The notes beneath the pieces are model-generated. The model was not told the DNA's origin. It saw only the letters and a program-made list of their open reading frames with translations, and made no database searches. A program made the position numbers and the translations under genes. This document shows, piece after piece, positions 15,701-24,579 of a stretch of DNA of 40,174 nucleotides. This DNA comes from a virus (lineage: Duplodnaviria; Caudoviricetes). Within the stretch, counting starts at the first letter, position 1; every line of letters begins with the position of its first letter. The stretch lies in the IMG/VR virus record IMGVR_UViG_3300044724_001207, positions 1 to 40,174 of that record, one strand, 5' to 3'.

Positions 15701-18700
15701 TTTTTCTTATAAAGTTTTTCAACCTAGTTTGCAGTTCTTTTACCTCTCTCTTCCCTTGTTTTTTTGTATCTAGTTTAGACAGTGATGCCTTTATTGCTCC
15801 AATTTCAGACGAAACAGGGTTGCTGTTATCAACATTTAAAGACGCATCCATAGCCACGATTAAGGCTTTTTGAGTTACCTCTGGTTGATTTTTAAACACA
15901 GCGTCTTGCTTTAAAAGCTCTATTGCTTTTCTTTGTGTTTCTGAAAACGAAACATCCCTTCTTTTACCTTCAGAGTCCTTTATGCCTCTTTTTACAAAGC
16001 TCCCTAGTTTTTTACGAACAGACCTGTAGAGTTTTTCTCCAGCTTCAACACCACCCTCTATATCTCCAAACTCAGGTGGCAATGGAGTTAGTAAGTCAAT
16101 AGATACCTCTAAAGCTTTATTTATATCACTTACTTTAAACTTTCTTCTTCTTAATATTTCTTTGATTGCTTTTTCACTGAACCCTAGTCTTCGCCCTTCG
16201 TTTATGATGGATGACATCGACACATCTGAACCCTTGGAAAACCTGACACTAGAGGACTCTAAAGATTCAGCTTGTTTTTTAGACATCTTAGCCCTTGACT
16301 CTTGTGGAGTTGGGGACTTCTTTGGTTGAACTGCCGCTATTTCTCCTGAGAGTAAATCAGCTATGGCCATGTTTAAAAAACCATCAAGAGATAGTTCTTC
16401 AACCATCTTATCATCAATAATGGACTTTATTTTCTTTTTTGTTCCTGTGCCGACAGCCTCAAAAGTTCCCTTAAAGTTTTTCTTAACATACTCCATCACA
16501 CCTTTAAGCCAATTCTTAAAGTTTGACTTTTGAGCTGCGTCTACAATACCTTCTCCTTTAGCGGCAATCATAGAAACCAACGCCTCTTCCCTCACTAACT
16601 CTTCATTAGTAATGTTGCCGTCCGCATCGTACTCAGCATACTTTCTCTTAGCTGCTTCGTATGCTTTAGGGTCAGAGTCTACCATCGACAAACCTTTTGC
16701 TAAAAGCTCACGGCCTTTTTCGCTAGACCTAAGCATGTCAATCCAAATATGGCCAAACTCATGAATAGGTGTGTTAATGGAGGTTTGAGATGGATTTATG
16801 TATATCTTACCGTCTTTAGTTAAGCCAAGGACAGGTACACCATCTACAAGGTGTTCTCTTACACCTTCTTCCTTTAGTACGTTATCAAACTCAGCTTGAC
16901 TTGTGTACGCTTGCACTGACGGGAATGTTAATCGCATTAACCCAATAAGCTGCTGAGTGGTGTCAGGTTTTACTCTAACCTTTTGGCCTTGAGCTGGGAG
17001 CATGTTGAAGTAATTACTAAGGGCTTGGCCAAGAATTGTCTTGTCAGATGTCATAGTTACTTCACCTGTCTTTTCACTTTTCTTTAACTTAGCTTGACCA
17101 GCAGCTCTTGCTGTCTGCTCAGGAAATATATCTGCCTGGTGTCTTGGGTTTGTTATTAAACCTATTAAACGCCCTTTAGGCCCAAACCCATAGTTTGCGT
17201 GAGACGCTTCGGTAACCCCACCGTTTAACACGTCTATACCCACAACCGCAACCACATATCCTTTAGGCGTGTCCTTTACACTTTTTTCAGCTATTGCATC
17301 ATATACGTCCTGAGTGTTTAGTAGGAATGGGTCGTTTTCCATACCTTCAAACAAAGCAGTTGAGTGCTGTTGAGTGTTTCCGCTTTTGTCAGCGTTTGAA
17401 AAAATAACATTAAATATTGCCGCTCTGTTATCAAGGGATAGTATTGCTTGGGTCTCGTTTTTAGTTCGTAGGTTAGCATCCTTTATTATTGCCTCAAGAA
17501 ACTCATCCATTGTAGTAACTTTATACTTCTCAATAAGAGCTTCTACTTTTGGCTTGTGTTTTTTTCCTATAAATGATACCATAACCCCGTCCCTTTTAAC
17601 CATTTCAAACATCTTGTCTGTCAAGGCCTCAAACGACTTCTTTCTGTTTTCTAATGGTACAGACTTTATTTTTGGAAGAACATACCTGAACACAGCCTCG
17701 TTAGAATTAACTCCAGAGTCTGCCATCTTTGTAATGGTCATTGGGATATGACCCTTCGGTAGTCTCCCTTCCTTCCAAAGCCTATCAAAAAGAGACTTGT
17801 TGTTGTTGTATAGACTTACAGCGTCCTTGTATTGTGTGTTTGCTCCTTTTTTATCAATGCCAGCCCAAGCCAGTCCTTTGTTGGCAATGTTTCTTAGACT
17901 GAACATAATACCTCCGCCTATCTCCATGTCATTACCCATAGAGTCTTTTATCTTCCCACCACCTAGCATATCAGTCATGCCTCCTCTCACCATAGGAATA
18001 CCCTCAAACTCTTCAATAGACTTTTCAAACTCAGTAGCGTCCTTCACTCCGTAGAAATCAAGAATCTCTTGCGGGATAGGGCTTGTGTCTGTGGCTTCAG
18101 CTATAGGACTCACTTCGATGTCTTCAGAAAGTTTTGGTGTTGTGTAGTTGACAAGTCTAGGGTCAAGTTCGTTCATCTCCTTAATTACCGACACTAAATC
18201 TACATAGTCCTCAGCAGCTACTTCATCTTCACCCTTTCGCATACGAGGTTTTCCGTCAACAGCATTGTTAACCTGCTCAAATGTTTCGTTTATAGATGTC
18301 TCTAAATCAGACACTTCTGATTTAAAAGAAATCATCTCCTCCACCTTTTCTTTGTTTTTCTCTTGGAACCTTTTTAGAAATGGAGTTAGTTTTCTACCAG
18401 ATATAATTCTGTCAGCTATGTCAGATATAATTCCACCAGTTCTTTCTTCATCCATTGTGCCTGCATCAAAAGCATCCCTATCTTCTTTGGTAGCTTTTTT
18501 AATCGGCTCAGGTATAGCTTCTGCTGTAGTTTTTTCTGAAACATCTTCTATGGCCTCTGTGCTTGGCTTTTGAATGGCATCTCTTTGTCCTTTTAGTAAA
18601 ACAATTTCTCCTGTTGACCCGTCATCATATTTTGTAATTATGGCATCATATCCGTCTTGTCGTATTGCTTCAGAAAGTTCCTCCCCAACCTTCCCATCAT

Positions 18701-21700
18701 ACTTTTGAGAAAGTTCGTTTTTGTATGATATTTGAGTATCGTCTGTAATGTCAATTACAAGAGGATTTTCCGATTCCACTACACCAGTTTCAAAACCTTC
18801 TGGCGTAAAGTCTGAAACCTTTTGAGTTACATAATCTCCACTTGCCTCTACGTCTTGACCAAATTCAGAAGCCATAGCTGGAGCTTTCTTTGGGTTTTTA
18901 TTATACTGTATTTTTAGAGGTTTACCCGTCTGTACTTCATCTTTCTTTTTGACTGTAACTTCCTCAACCACAGCTTCCTCAACAGGAGCAAACTTCTCCA
19001 TCTCAGCGTTGTACTCCTCTTCTGTAAGGACCACCTCACCCTTACCGTCTTGTCTGTTTACTGTACCATACTTTTCAGGTGTAGTGGTTGTGAACATTGT
19101 TGGCTTTTCGTACTTCGGCTTACTCTTAGTGGTAACTTGCTCTATTACAGCTTCCTTTACAAACGCAGACACATCAACTGGCTTGTCAGATAGTTTTTTA
19201 GTGGTGGCAATAACCTCAAGTTCGTTACTTATTTCTTTTATTAGCTTAGAGAAAGTTGACTTCCTTACTGGGTCAGAAGAAAGTATTTCTTTTGTGTTTA
19301 GTAGTATCATTGTCCTAGACAACACCTTAGAATTTTTTCTTGACTTCTTTTCTCCAACATCCAAAAGCTGACGAGCCTCTCTTCTTGTGGCTACATTTTT
19401 TTGTATTTTTTGATTGTCCTCCTTAGACATCTTACCAGCTTTCTCTCTCCTGTTTGCCCAGTTAGCAATAGTTTCGTCAGAGGCAGACTCTTTTGCCACA
19501 AAATCTGCCATCATTAAGTTTTTCCCAAGAGCCTTGTTTTTATTAAGAGCAGCCTCAAGAGCTAAATTAACCGCCATGTTTGTGGTGTTATTACCCACGC
19601 TTCCAAGGGATTCTGAAAGTATTTCTTTATACTCCAAGTTATCACCAACAACCATCTGTGCCAAAGTTTCACCAGCGGCTTCAGCCAAGGGGTCAAACAC
19701 AGCTCTTTCTACTATTTGCGCACCAACCCTAGCACCAACTCCTGAAAATTTTCCAGCTGTAAATATTTTACCCGCAAGTTGTCCTGATATAAGGTCCATA
19801 ACCGCAATAGGTATACCTCTTTCTAAACCCCTTTCTTTACCCGTTGCCCAAACCTCTGGGTCAGCTAATGCTTTTGCCATTTCCTCACCAGTTGGGTCGT
19901 TCATTATATCGTACTTTTCTCTAGCTGCGTCTAACACCTCATTAGTGTACTCCATCGCCAAACTAGTAGCAGACATACCTGTTTGAAAACCTTTAGCGGT
20001 ACCCGTAATAAAACCAGGTAAGGCACCCACACCAGCAAAAGCTGCACCCGCACCAGTACCAATACCAGCACCTAACAATGTTGTTGAACCGACTATTTTA
20101 TAACCGTATGGTAGCATCATGGATAATGAGCTTGCTGCCAAGGTAGTCATTAGCTCAAACGGGTCGTTAAAAAGTATATCTGCGGTCTCTTTAGCCCCTA
20201 CTGCTTTGTTGTACTGAGACAACACTTTAGATGAAGCACCAGGGTTTTTAGATAGATGAGTATATATTTTTTTAGCAGCCTCCATCCTTGAGTCTTGGTC
20301 ATCCATGTCATAGCCAATACCTAGTGCAGACATGAGTATAACCTCAGCCGCCAGACCCTGCTGCAATCCTTTATCAAATTCGTTTAAAAAGCCACTTAAA
20401 TTTTCTGAATACTCTTGCTCAATCTGTTTGTCTACTTGTGTATCAAAGTAAGATATAGCCAAGTCGTATTTGTCTTGAGCCAGTCTTTTTTCAGCGTTTG
20501 ATTTATTGTAGTCGTTAAATATATCGTTGATAACATCAACCTCTTCTTGGCTTTTAGCTTTGTATGTTTGCAGACCGTCTAATCCAACCCCAAATGTTTC
20601 CTTAGAGTACACATCTAAGTCAGCTTGTTTGTTTTCCGCACTTATATATACATCGTTAGCCTTATCCATACTGAGTTTTATTAACCCACCAATGTATTGG
20701 TCGTAACCCTCTCTAGTTTCTTTTGCTTCGTCCCTCATTACTACATCAAACAAAGCAGACTCTTTTTCTTTTAAGTCAGATAGGTCAGTGTAGTAAGCGG
20801 CCTCATCAGCCTGAGTCCCTAAATCAAAGCCTAAGTTTTTTATTTCTTCTATTCTGTCTATTTCATCCCTCACCTTTATATACTCATCGTAGGAGTTTTT
20901 TTCTGCCTGATAGTTTAGGTTACGGTTTTTATAAAAAGATTCTGCTTTACTAGTTCCCTCTATAACCTTTTCTTCTTTTCTCTCAAAAGATACGTTTGAT
21001 GATAAAAAATCCTTTAACCTTTTTGTTTCTTTTTCAGCACCGCTTTCGGTAAACGGGTCTAGGTCTATGACGATGCTGCTTTTACCGTCATTTGTTGTAA
21101 CAGTTAGTGCGTCACCAATACCCGTCTCTTCAAAAACAAAACCGTAGTCAATAAAGTCTTCTTTAAGTTGTGGGACAACTACCTCTTCATCTTGCTTTAT
21201 TAAACTTTTATCTATACCATCTAGCACAGATTTAAACTTTTCTGACTCCCTTATTTCCGTTGATTTTTTTTGTTGAGCCTCTTCTTCTTCCAACAACTCA
21301 GCTCTCTTTTGTTTTTCAATCTCACTTAACCTTTCAGATAACTCAGCCTCTTCTTTAAATATTGTTTTTTTACGCTTTTCAAGCTCTTGTAAAAACACAT
21401 CGCCAGAGGTTTTTGTAGCATCACCTAGTTGGTCAGTAGTAATAGCTGGTGGCGTATAGCCAAGATACGAACCATAGTCTGGAATTGGGGCTTCAGCCTT
21501 TTCCACAACAGGCTCTTCTACAGCAGGTTCTTCGACAACAGGCTCTTCTACAGCAGGTTCTTCGACAACCTCTTCTTCTTCTTCAGTCACATCACCCTCA
21601 TCACTAACTAATGTGAGTTTATTATTAGAAACCAAAGAATCAAACTGGTCTGGATATTTTTTTCTTAACTCAGACTCTGTGTATATATTACCAGCGGGTG

Positions 21701-21722
21701 TTTTATATTTTTTTTCAGCCAT
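12786..21722 (-). CDS. giant (2978 aa) putative ejection / polyvalent virion protein with zincin-like HExxH and ART-like segments
   Basis: Last gene of the virion module. Contains a Gly-zipper hydrophobic segment (LLGAGIGTGAGAAFAGVGALPGFITG), NPL...GYDAII...GEIVLL, and KIYINP...TPIHEFGHIW...EEAL. Confidence 0.75.
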   Translation of the reverse strand: MAEKKYKTPAGNIYTESELRKKYPDQFDSLVSNNKLTLVSDEGDVTEEEEEVVEEPAVEEPVVEEPAVEEPVVEKAEAPIPDYGSYLGYTPPAITTDQLGDATKTSGDVFLQELEKRKKTIFKEEAELSERLSEIEKQKRAELLEEEEAQQKKSTEIRESEKFKSVLDGIDKSLIKQDEEVVVPQLKEDFIDYGFVFEETGIGDALTVTTNDGKSSIVIDLDPFTESGAEKETKRLKDFLSSNVSFERKEEKVIEGTSKAESFYKNRNLNYQAEKNSYDEYIKVRDEIDRIEEIKNLGFDLGTQADEAAYYTDLSDLKEKESALFDVVMRDEAKETREGYDQYIGGLIKLSMDKANDVYISAENKQADLDVYSKETFGVGLDGLQTYKAKSQEEVDVINDIFNDYNKSNAEKRLAQDKYDLAISYFDTQVDKQIEQEYSENLSGFLNEFDKGLQQGLAAEVILMSALGIGYDMDDQDSRMEAAKKIYTHLSKNPGASSKVLSQYNKAVGAKETADILFNDPFELMTTLAASSLSMMLPYGYKIVGSTTLLGAGIGTGAGAAFAGVGALPGFITGTAKGFQTGMSATSLAMEYTNEVLDAAREKYDIMNDPTGEEMAKALADPEVWATGKERGLERGIPIAVMDLISGQLAGKIFTAGKFSGVGARVGAQIVERAVFDPLAEAAGETLAQMVVGDNLEYKEILSESLGSVGNNTTNMAVNLALEAALNKNKALGKNLMMADFVAKESASDETIANWANRREKAGKMSKEDNQKIQKNVATRREARQLLDVGEKKSRKNSKVLSRTMILLNTKEILSSDPVRKSTFSKLIKEISNELEVIATTKKLSDKPVDVSAFVKEAVIEQVTTKSKPKYEKPTMFTTTTPEKYGTVNRQDGKGEVVLTEEEYNAEMEKFAPVEEAVVEEVTVKKKDEVQTGKPLKIQYNKNPKKAPAMASEFGQDVEASGDYVTQKVSDFTPEGFETGVVESENPLVIDITDDTQISYKNELSQKYDGKVGEELSEAIRQDGYDAIITKYDDGSTGEIVLLKGQRDAIQKPSTEAIEDVSEKTTAEAIPEPIKKATKEDRDAFDAGTMDEERTGGIISDIADRIISGRKLTPFLKRFQEKNKEKVEEMISFKSEVSDLETSINETFEQVNNAVDGKPRMRKGEDEVAAEDYVDLVSVIKEMNELDPRLVNYTTPKLSEDIEVSPIAEATDTSPIPQEILDFYGVKDATEFEKSIEEFEGIPMVRGGMTDMLGGGKIKDSMGNDMEIGGGIMFSLRNIANKGLAWAGIDKKGANTQYKDAVSLYNNNKSLFDRLWKEGRLPKGHIPMTITKMADSGVNSNEAVFRYVLPKIKSVPLENRKKSFEALTDKMFEMVKRDGVMVSFIGKKHKPKVEALIEKYKVTTMDEFLEAIIKDANLRTKNETQAILSLDNRAAIFNVIFSNADKSGNTQQHSTALFEGMENDPFLLNTQDVYDAIAEKSVKDTPKGYVVAVVGIDVLNGGVTEASHANYGFGPKGRLIGLITNPRHQADIFPEQTARAAGQAKLKKSEKTGEVTMTSDKTILGQALSNYFNMLPAQGQKVRVKPDTTQQLIGLMRLTFPSVQAYTSQAEFDNVLKEEGVREHLVDGVPVLGLTKDGKIYINPSQTSINTPIHEFGHIWIDMLRSSEKGRELLAKGLSMVDSDPKAYEAAKRKYAEYDADGNITNEELVREEALVSMIAAKGEGIVDAAQKSNFKNWLKGVMEYVKKNFKGTFEAVGTGTKKKIKSIIDDKMVEELSLDGFLNMAIADLLSGEIAAVQPKKSPTPQESRAKMSKKQAESLESSSVRFSKGSDVSMSSIINEGRRLGFSEKAIKEILRRRKFKVSDINKALEVSIDLLTPLPPEFGDIEGGVEAGEKLYRSVRKKLGSFVKRGIKDSEGKRRDVSFSETQRKAIELLKQDAVFKNQPEVTQKALIVAMDASLNVDNSNPVSSEIGAIKASLSKLDTKKQGKREVKELQTRLKNFIRKSLIKSDNYSQADINKLIRTVVDIDSITFNEKAIADFQISAQKALEVVEKQRDKKKNKTISKIISRVKKGAKKKRGSGSAAGKVKAGVTEQEGQVFFAQAQKILEAVKNGTVDNIRQKLNEPEVLEIIEGAIVKENNKESLTQKEKTLLNQAYALDTFGNIMNMEVEALETMLESVNDVRKFSALQLKSRRQARTLANAELNSEGTRQIEKGFPSLFKTIENKDGTTKKVLKDENERNSDKKAITNEFKKGKVFSSIAKLTKRLMEFRKNPMDWGLRNYIYHLGTLTNILDRGGNFLTKNIYDALNNANEVKLQGFENQMDFLNSIAETFDGIKGTPLNPAYRQFKNKLNKKELNIGKIRDKEGFLGENETMLTTQQAMRLYALSKNPVQRAKLEAMGIGKETISQIIAHIGKDAVAMVDATVDYLSNDYFESINSVYSQTNDVNLNYVENYFPTRSVMDGTTEVSEKGVDFSKQFTAENESALNKRVDMSSPILINQSFDVALDAYFDSMENYKAHAVTVKNINAIFKNKAVAALLKETGLKDLMQANINYAINGTTPYQVKAQANRWFSRFVGVALGLKAIQILKQASSFVQAFEDYSFRGKGKKKIPGLDLMMFMLDGAYTYATFPLQIKKAWGVSATFRDRLRRGLDGDVYGLESGRNQYKLVSQNNNKLKAIKRGWRTLTVAPTVIGDVLGVLGYMINYNRNIRNGMPKAEAVEQLNNYNATQQSRRNTETSPISQNNNGLIRTFSMFGSTIFLQINNVSQAFTNIMRGMKKGEKVKAKDIRKLALNMSIANGLFVAASNIAKIIKGDEDDREEVMNEMVKALTGLNLLFNIPLIGEAAELGYNTVTGQRTYSGGLNPYKDFVNKFIKALNSEEVTLEASKVITSIMIKANVDPIVAVYNGFVTDEGFDAKTVMELIGISPSYRPAESSGSAAPLERTLDDMLQDGDFDDIDTNVDIDTDFETNVDF
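21505..21569. repeat. perfect 30-bp tandem repeat (about 2.2 copies) encoding EEPAVEEPVV
   Basis: ACAACAGGCTCTTCTACAGCAGGTTCTTCG x2 followed by ACAAC. Confidence 0.9.
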
Positions 21723-23881
21723 TAATTTGTGTATAAATCTTGTTCTTTTAACACTCTCATTATTCTATTTAAGGTTTCTTGCCTTGAGTTTATTAGTCTT
21801 TGATATTTGTCTTTATTAGACTTACTAGAATTAGGGTCTGGTAATTCTTTCGCAAAATCTTCTATATTAATTTTAACATCGCCTATGATTATATTATCAC
21901 CAATAAATGTATTATCTTCAAAAGATATTGATTTATTTTTTATAGAAGCTAAATCTCCTAAAGTCGTACCGCCCCCTACATCAATCGCTCTAATATTTTC
22001 AACCAATGATTTATTCATATCATCTTCCGAGCCTTGTTGAGTAATATTTTTTAATTTCATAGCTCTCTTCACCTTGTTTTCTCTCTTTTGAGGTGTAGGG
22101 GTTGGTGTAAGTGCTATACCCGAAGTTTTATATATGGTACCAACTAATTCAGGTTCTCCTGTATTTGGGTCTATTTCCATTACTTTTGATATGTTTTGCA
22201 TTTGTTGCTCAAAATTATTCATATCATCTAGTGGCACATCAGCAAATTTTGTAGCTCCATCAGGTTTTGCATATATAAACCTAGCTTTCATTTTGCCCGT
22301 TTCATCGTCTTTTACAACTACTACTTCATTCATTTCTACGTTTGTGATATTTTTTATGTTGTCTAATAACCTTTCAACCATTTCAGGGTCATCCTCTGCC
22401 TCGCCAGGCATAAGCATTTCTAATTGGTCTCTAACCCCTGAAATTTTTGCTTTATTAGTTTTAGAGGTTACTTCCCATTGAGCTAACGTCCTGTCTCCAC
22501 CACTATCATCTGAATCACTATCATCTGGAGCAGGTATAATTGAACTAGCAACTTTTATCTTTTCTTGCGAGCTATAAGCCCCACCATCCATCATTATAGA
22601 TTGCTGAATAACATCTTTAAGTACATCCTCAATTTTTTGACCAGGAAAGTTTTCTTGAATAAACAAACCATCGTCATCAAGAAGCCTTTTTGGTTCTTCC
22701 ATTTCTGGACTTCTGTTTTTGTCATACAAAATCAATCCTTTTTCATTAGTTTTTGGTCCTGGTACAAGAGAAAAAGATACCTCACCAGTTTCAGGGTCTG
22801 TCGTTTTAACGCTATATGCAGCTAAATCAATAAGTAACTGGTCTGGTCCACCCTTTGCAGACTGCTGTGACAATGCTTTAGCTATAGCGTCAGTTGACTG
22901 TTTGGCTGCGTTGTAATCAAAAGCCTTAACTTTAGATGTAATTTTAGTTCTACCAGATATGTCAGTTATTTCATCTGGGTCATCAATATAAAAGTTTTCT
23001 GTGAATTGACCTTCTTTCCAAGCCCCAGCTTTTTGTAAGCTTTGATTAAACTGGTCTGTATAGTCGTGTGCTGTGTTAGACCCTGCGGAGTTATTAGGTA
23101 AAGAAGACAAAGATGACTGTATTTCAGAAAGTCTTTTTAGGTTCATAACATGTGTGTCACCCTCTACACCTCTTGCTTTGTTTACTTGAGCTATTGATTG
23201 CCCTTTAAGTTCAATCATCATAACCCTGTTGCCGTTCTCGTCTTTTTCAAAGAAATACCTTTCTTTCACCGCCTGTCCATTTAATGCGTTTCCCGCTAGT
23301 GCCGCAGCATAAACGTATGGGTCAATTTTATTTAGTGGAGTTTGACCTCTATCATAACCAATCTTACCTTCTTCTATAGCTGTCTCCACAACACCTACAT
23401 TGTATTCATGCGCACCAATAAAGTCTTGCGCACCTCTTATTAGATTTTTATTAGCACTAATAATAGCTTCATCGTCTTCCCTAGTTCTCATGGACTCTTC
23501 TCCAGTATTTGGGTCGATGTACTTGTAAGTATACGTTGCGTTACCGTGCTGAGATAAGTTTAACTGAGCCTTTGATAACTCACTAACAATAGGTGTAAAC
23601 TCGTCTTGAAGATTTTTAGAGTCAGGCCCAATTTCTGGACTATCTCCGTCAACCTTTCCAAACCCACCAATTTCATTCATTAGTAGCCCTTGGTTCTTCA
23701 TCGACTCTTGTGCAAGCTGACTGTTAACTTCTTTTCTTAACCTGTTTGCCTTACCAATATTTATAAGTTCTGTTCCAACAACATCTACCACAGAGCCAAC
23801 TATTTGCTGCCCTACATTGTCTTGTTGTGGCTGTGTTGAACCCCTAAATTGACTTTCTCCTGACTGACTTCTGTATCCCAT
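21722..23881 (-). CDS. putative internal virion/ejection protein (719 aa)
   Basis: Lies between the tail genes and the giant protein; no recognisable motif. Confidence 0.55.
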   Translation of the reverse strand: MGYRSQSGESQFRGSTQPQQDNVGQQIVGSVVDVVGTELINIGKANRLRKEVNSQLAQESMKNQGLLMNEIGGFGKVDGDSPEIGPDSKNLQDEFTPIVSELSKAQLNLSQHGNATYTYKYIDPNTGEESMRTREDDEAIISANKNLIRGAQDFIGAHEYNVGVVETAIEEGKIGYDRGQTPLNKIDPYVYAAALAGNALNGQAVKERYFFEKDENGNRVMMIELKGQSIAQVNKARGVEGDTHVMNLKRLSEIQSSLSSLPNNSAGSNTAHDYTDQFNQSLQKAGAWKEGQFTENFYIDDPDEITDISGRTKITSKVKAFDYNAAKQSTDAIAKALSQQSAKGGPDQLLIDLAAYSVKTTDPETGEVSFSLVPGPKTNEKGLILYDKNRSPEMEEPKRLLDDDGLFIQENFPGQKIEDVLKDVIQQSIMMDGGAYSSQEKIKVASSIIPAPDDSDSDDSGGDRTLAQWEVTSKTNKAKISGVRDQLEMLMPGEAEDDPEMVERLLDNIKNITNVEMNEVVVVKDDETGKMKARFIYAKPDGATKFADVPLDDMNNFEQQMQNISKVMEIDPNTGEPELVGTIYKTSGIALTPTPTPQKRENKVKRAMKLKNITQQGSEDDMNKSLVENIRAIDVGGGTTLGDLASIKNKSISFEDNTFIGDNIIIGDVKINIEDFAKELPDPNSSKSNKDKYQRLINSRQETLNRIMRVLKEQDLYTN

Positions 23882-23893
23882 TTTATTCTTTTA

Positions 23894-24568
23894 TTATTGA
23901 TAATCATATATTGAGGCAGCTCTTTCCTGATAATTTCTTGTTTCTCCTCCAAAAATAGCATCAAATTGTTTTCGGGGGTTTCTAAACCTACTTACAGCGG
24001 CCTCTATATCACCCTCCGCTTGGTACCTTCTATCGTCCGCCAACTGCTCTTTGTTTGCAGCATAGTCTAGGTCTGCATTTGTTCTAGCCTCCTGTGCTGA
24101 GAACACAAACTCCATACCAGCAGCTTTAGCCGCCTGAACTCTCTGTTGTTCGCTTGCAACCATTTGTTGTAACTGCTGCTCCCCTTGAGCTTTAAGTTTC
24201 TGGTTTTGTGCCTCTTGTTGTTGTATACTAGCGGAAACAGAGTTCTTGCTTTGTAGTGCAGCCTGTGCAAGTGCAGTGGCACCCCCAGCACCTGACCCTG
24301 TAGCTCTAATTGTGTCTAGTGTGTTCGCTAATGCAGCATCTGTTTGTTCAACCTGCATTTCAGCCGCCTTTGTTGCAACACCTAAGTTAGCGTATGGATT
24401 TGAAAACGTACCGCTTAGGTCTTTTACAGCAGAAGACGGGTCTACGATAGCAGCCCTTTGATTCCTTATGTTGTTTAACTCTGCTTGAGCTATAGATGCC
24501 TCCATAGCATACTGGTTCTGCCTTTGAGTAGCTATAAATACTTGTTGAAATTTTTTTCCTCTCCCCAT
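23894..24568 (-). CDS. putative small ejection/pilot protein (224 aa, Ala/Gln-rich)
   Basis: Helical A/Q-rich sequence with GSGAGGATALAQAA; first gene after the tail genes, as in podovirus ejection clusters. Confidence 0.6.
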   Translation of the reverse strand: MGRGKKFQQVFIATQRQNQYAMEASIAQAELNNIRNQRAAIVDPSSAVKDLSGTFSNPYANLGVATKAAEMQVEQTDAALANTLDTIRATGSGAGGATALAQAALQSKNSVSASIQQQEAQNQKLKAQGEQQLQQMVASEQQRVQAAKAAGMEFVFSAQEARTNADLDYAANKEQLADDRRYQAEGDIEAAVSRFRNPRKQFDAIFGGETRNYQERAASIYDYQ

Positions 24569-24579
24569 TACTTTTTATT

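Noticed and set aside
21505-21569. 30-bp repeats as a CRISPR mini-array
   Set aside because: The repeats are directly adjacent without spacers and in frame in a Glu/Pro linker; no cas genes are present.
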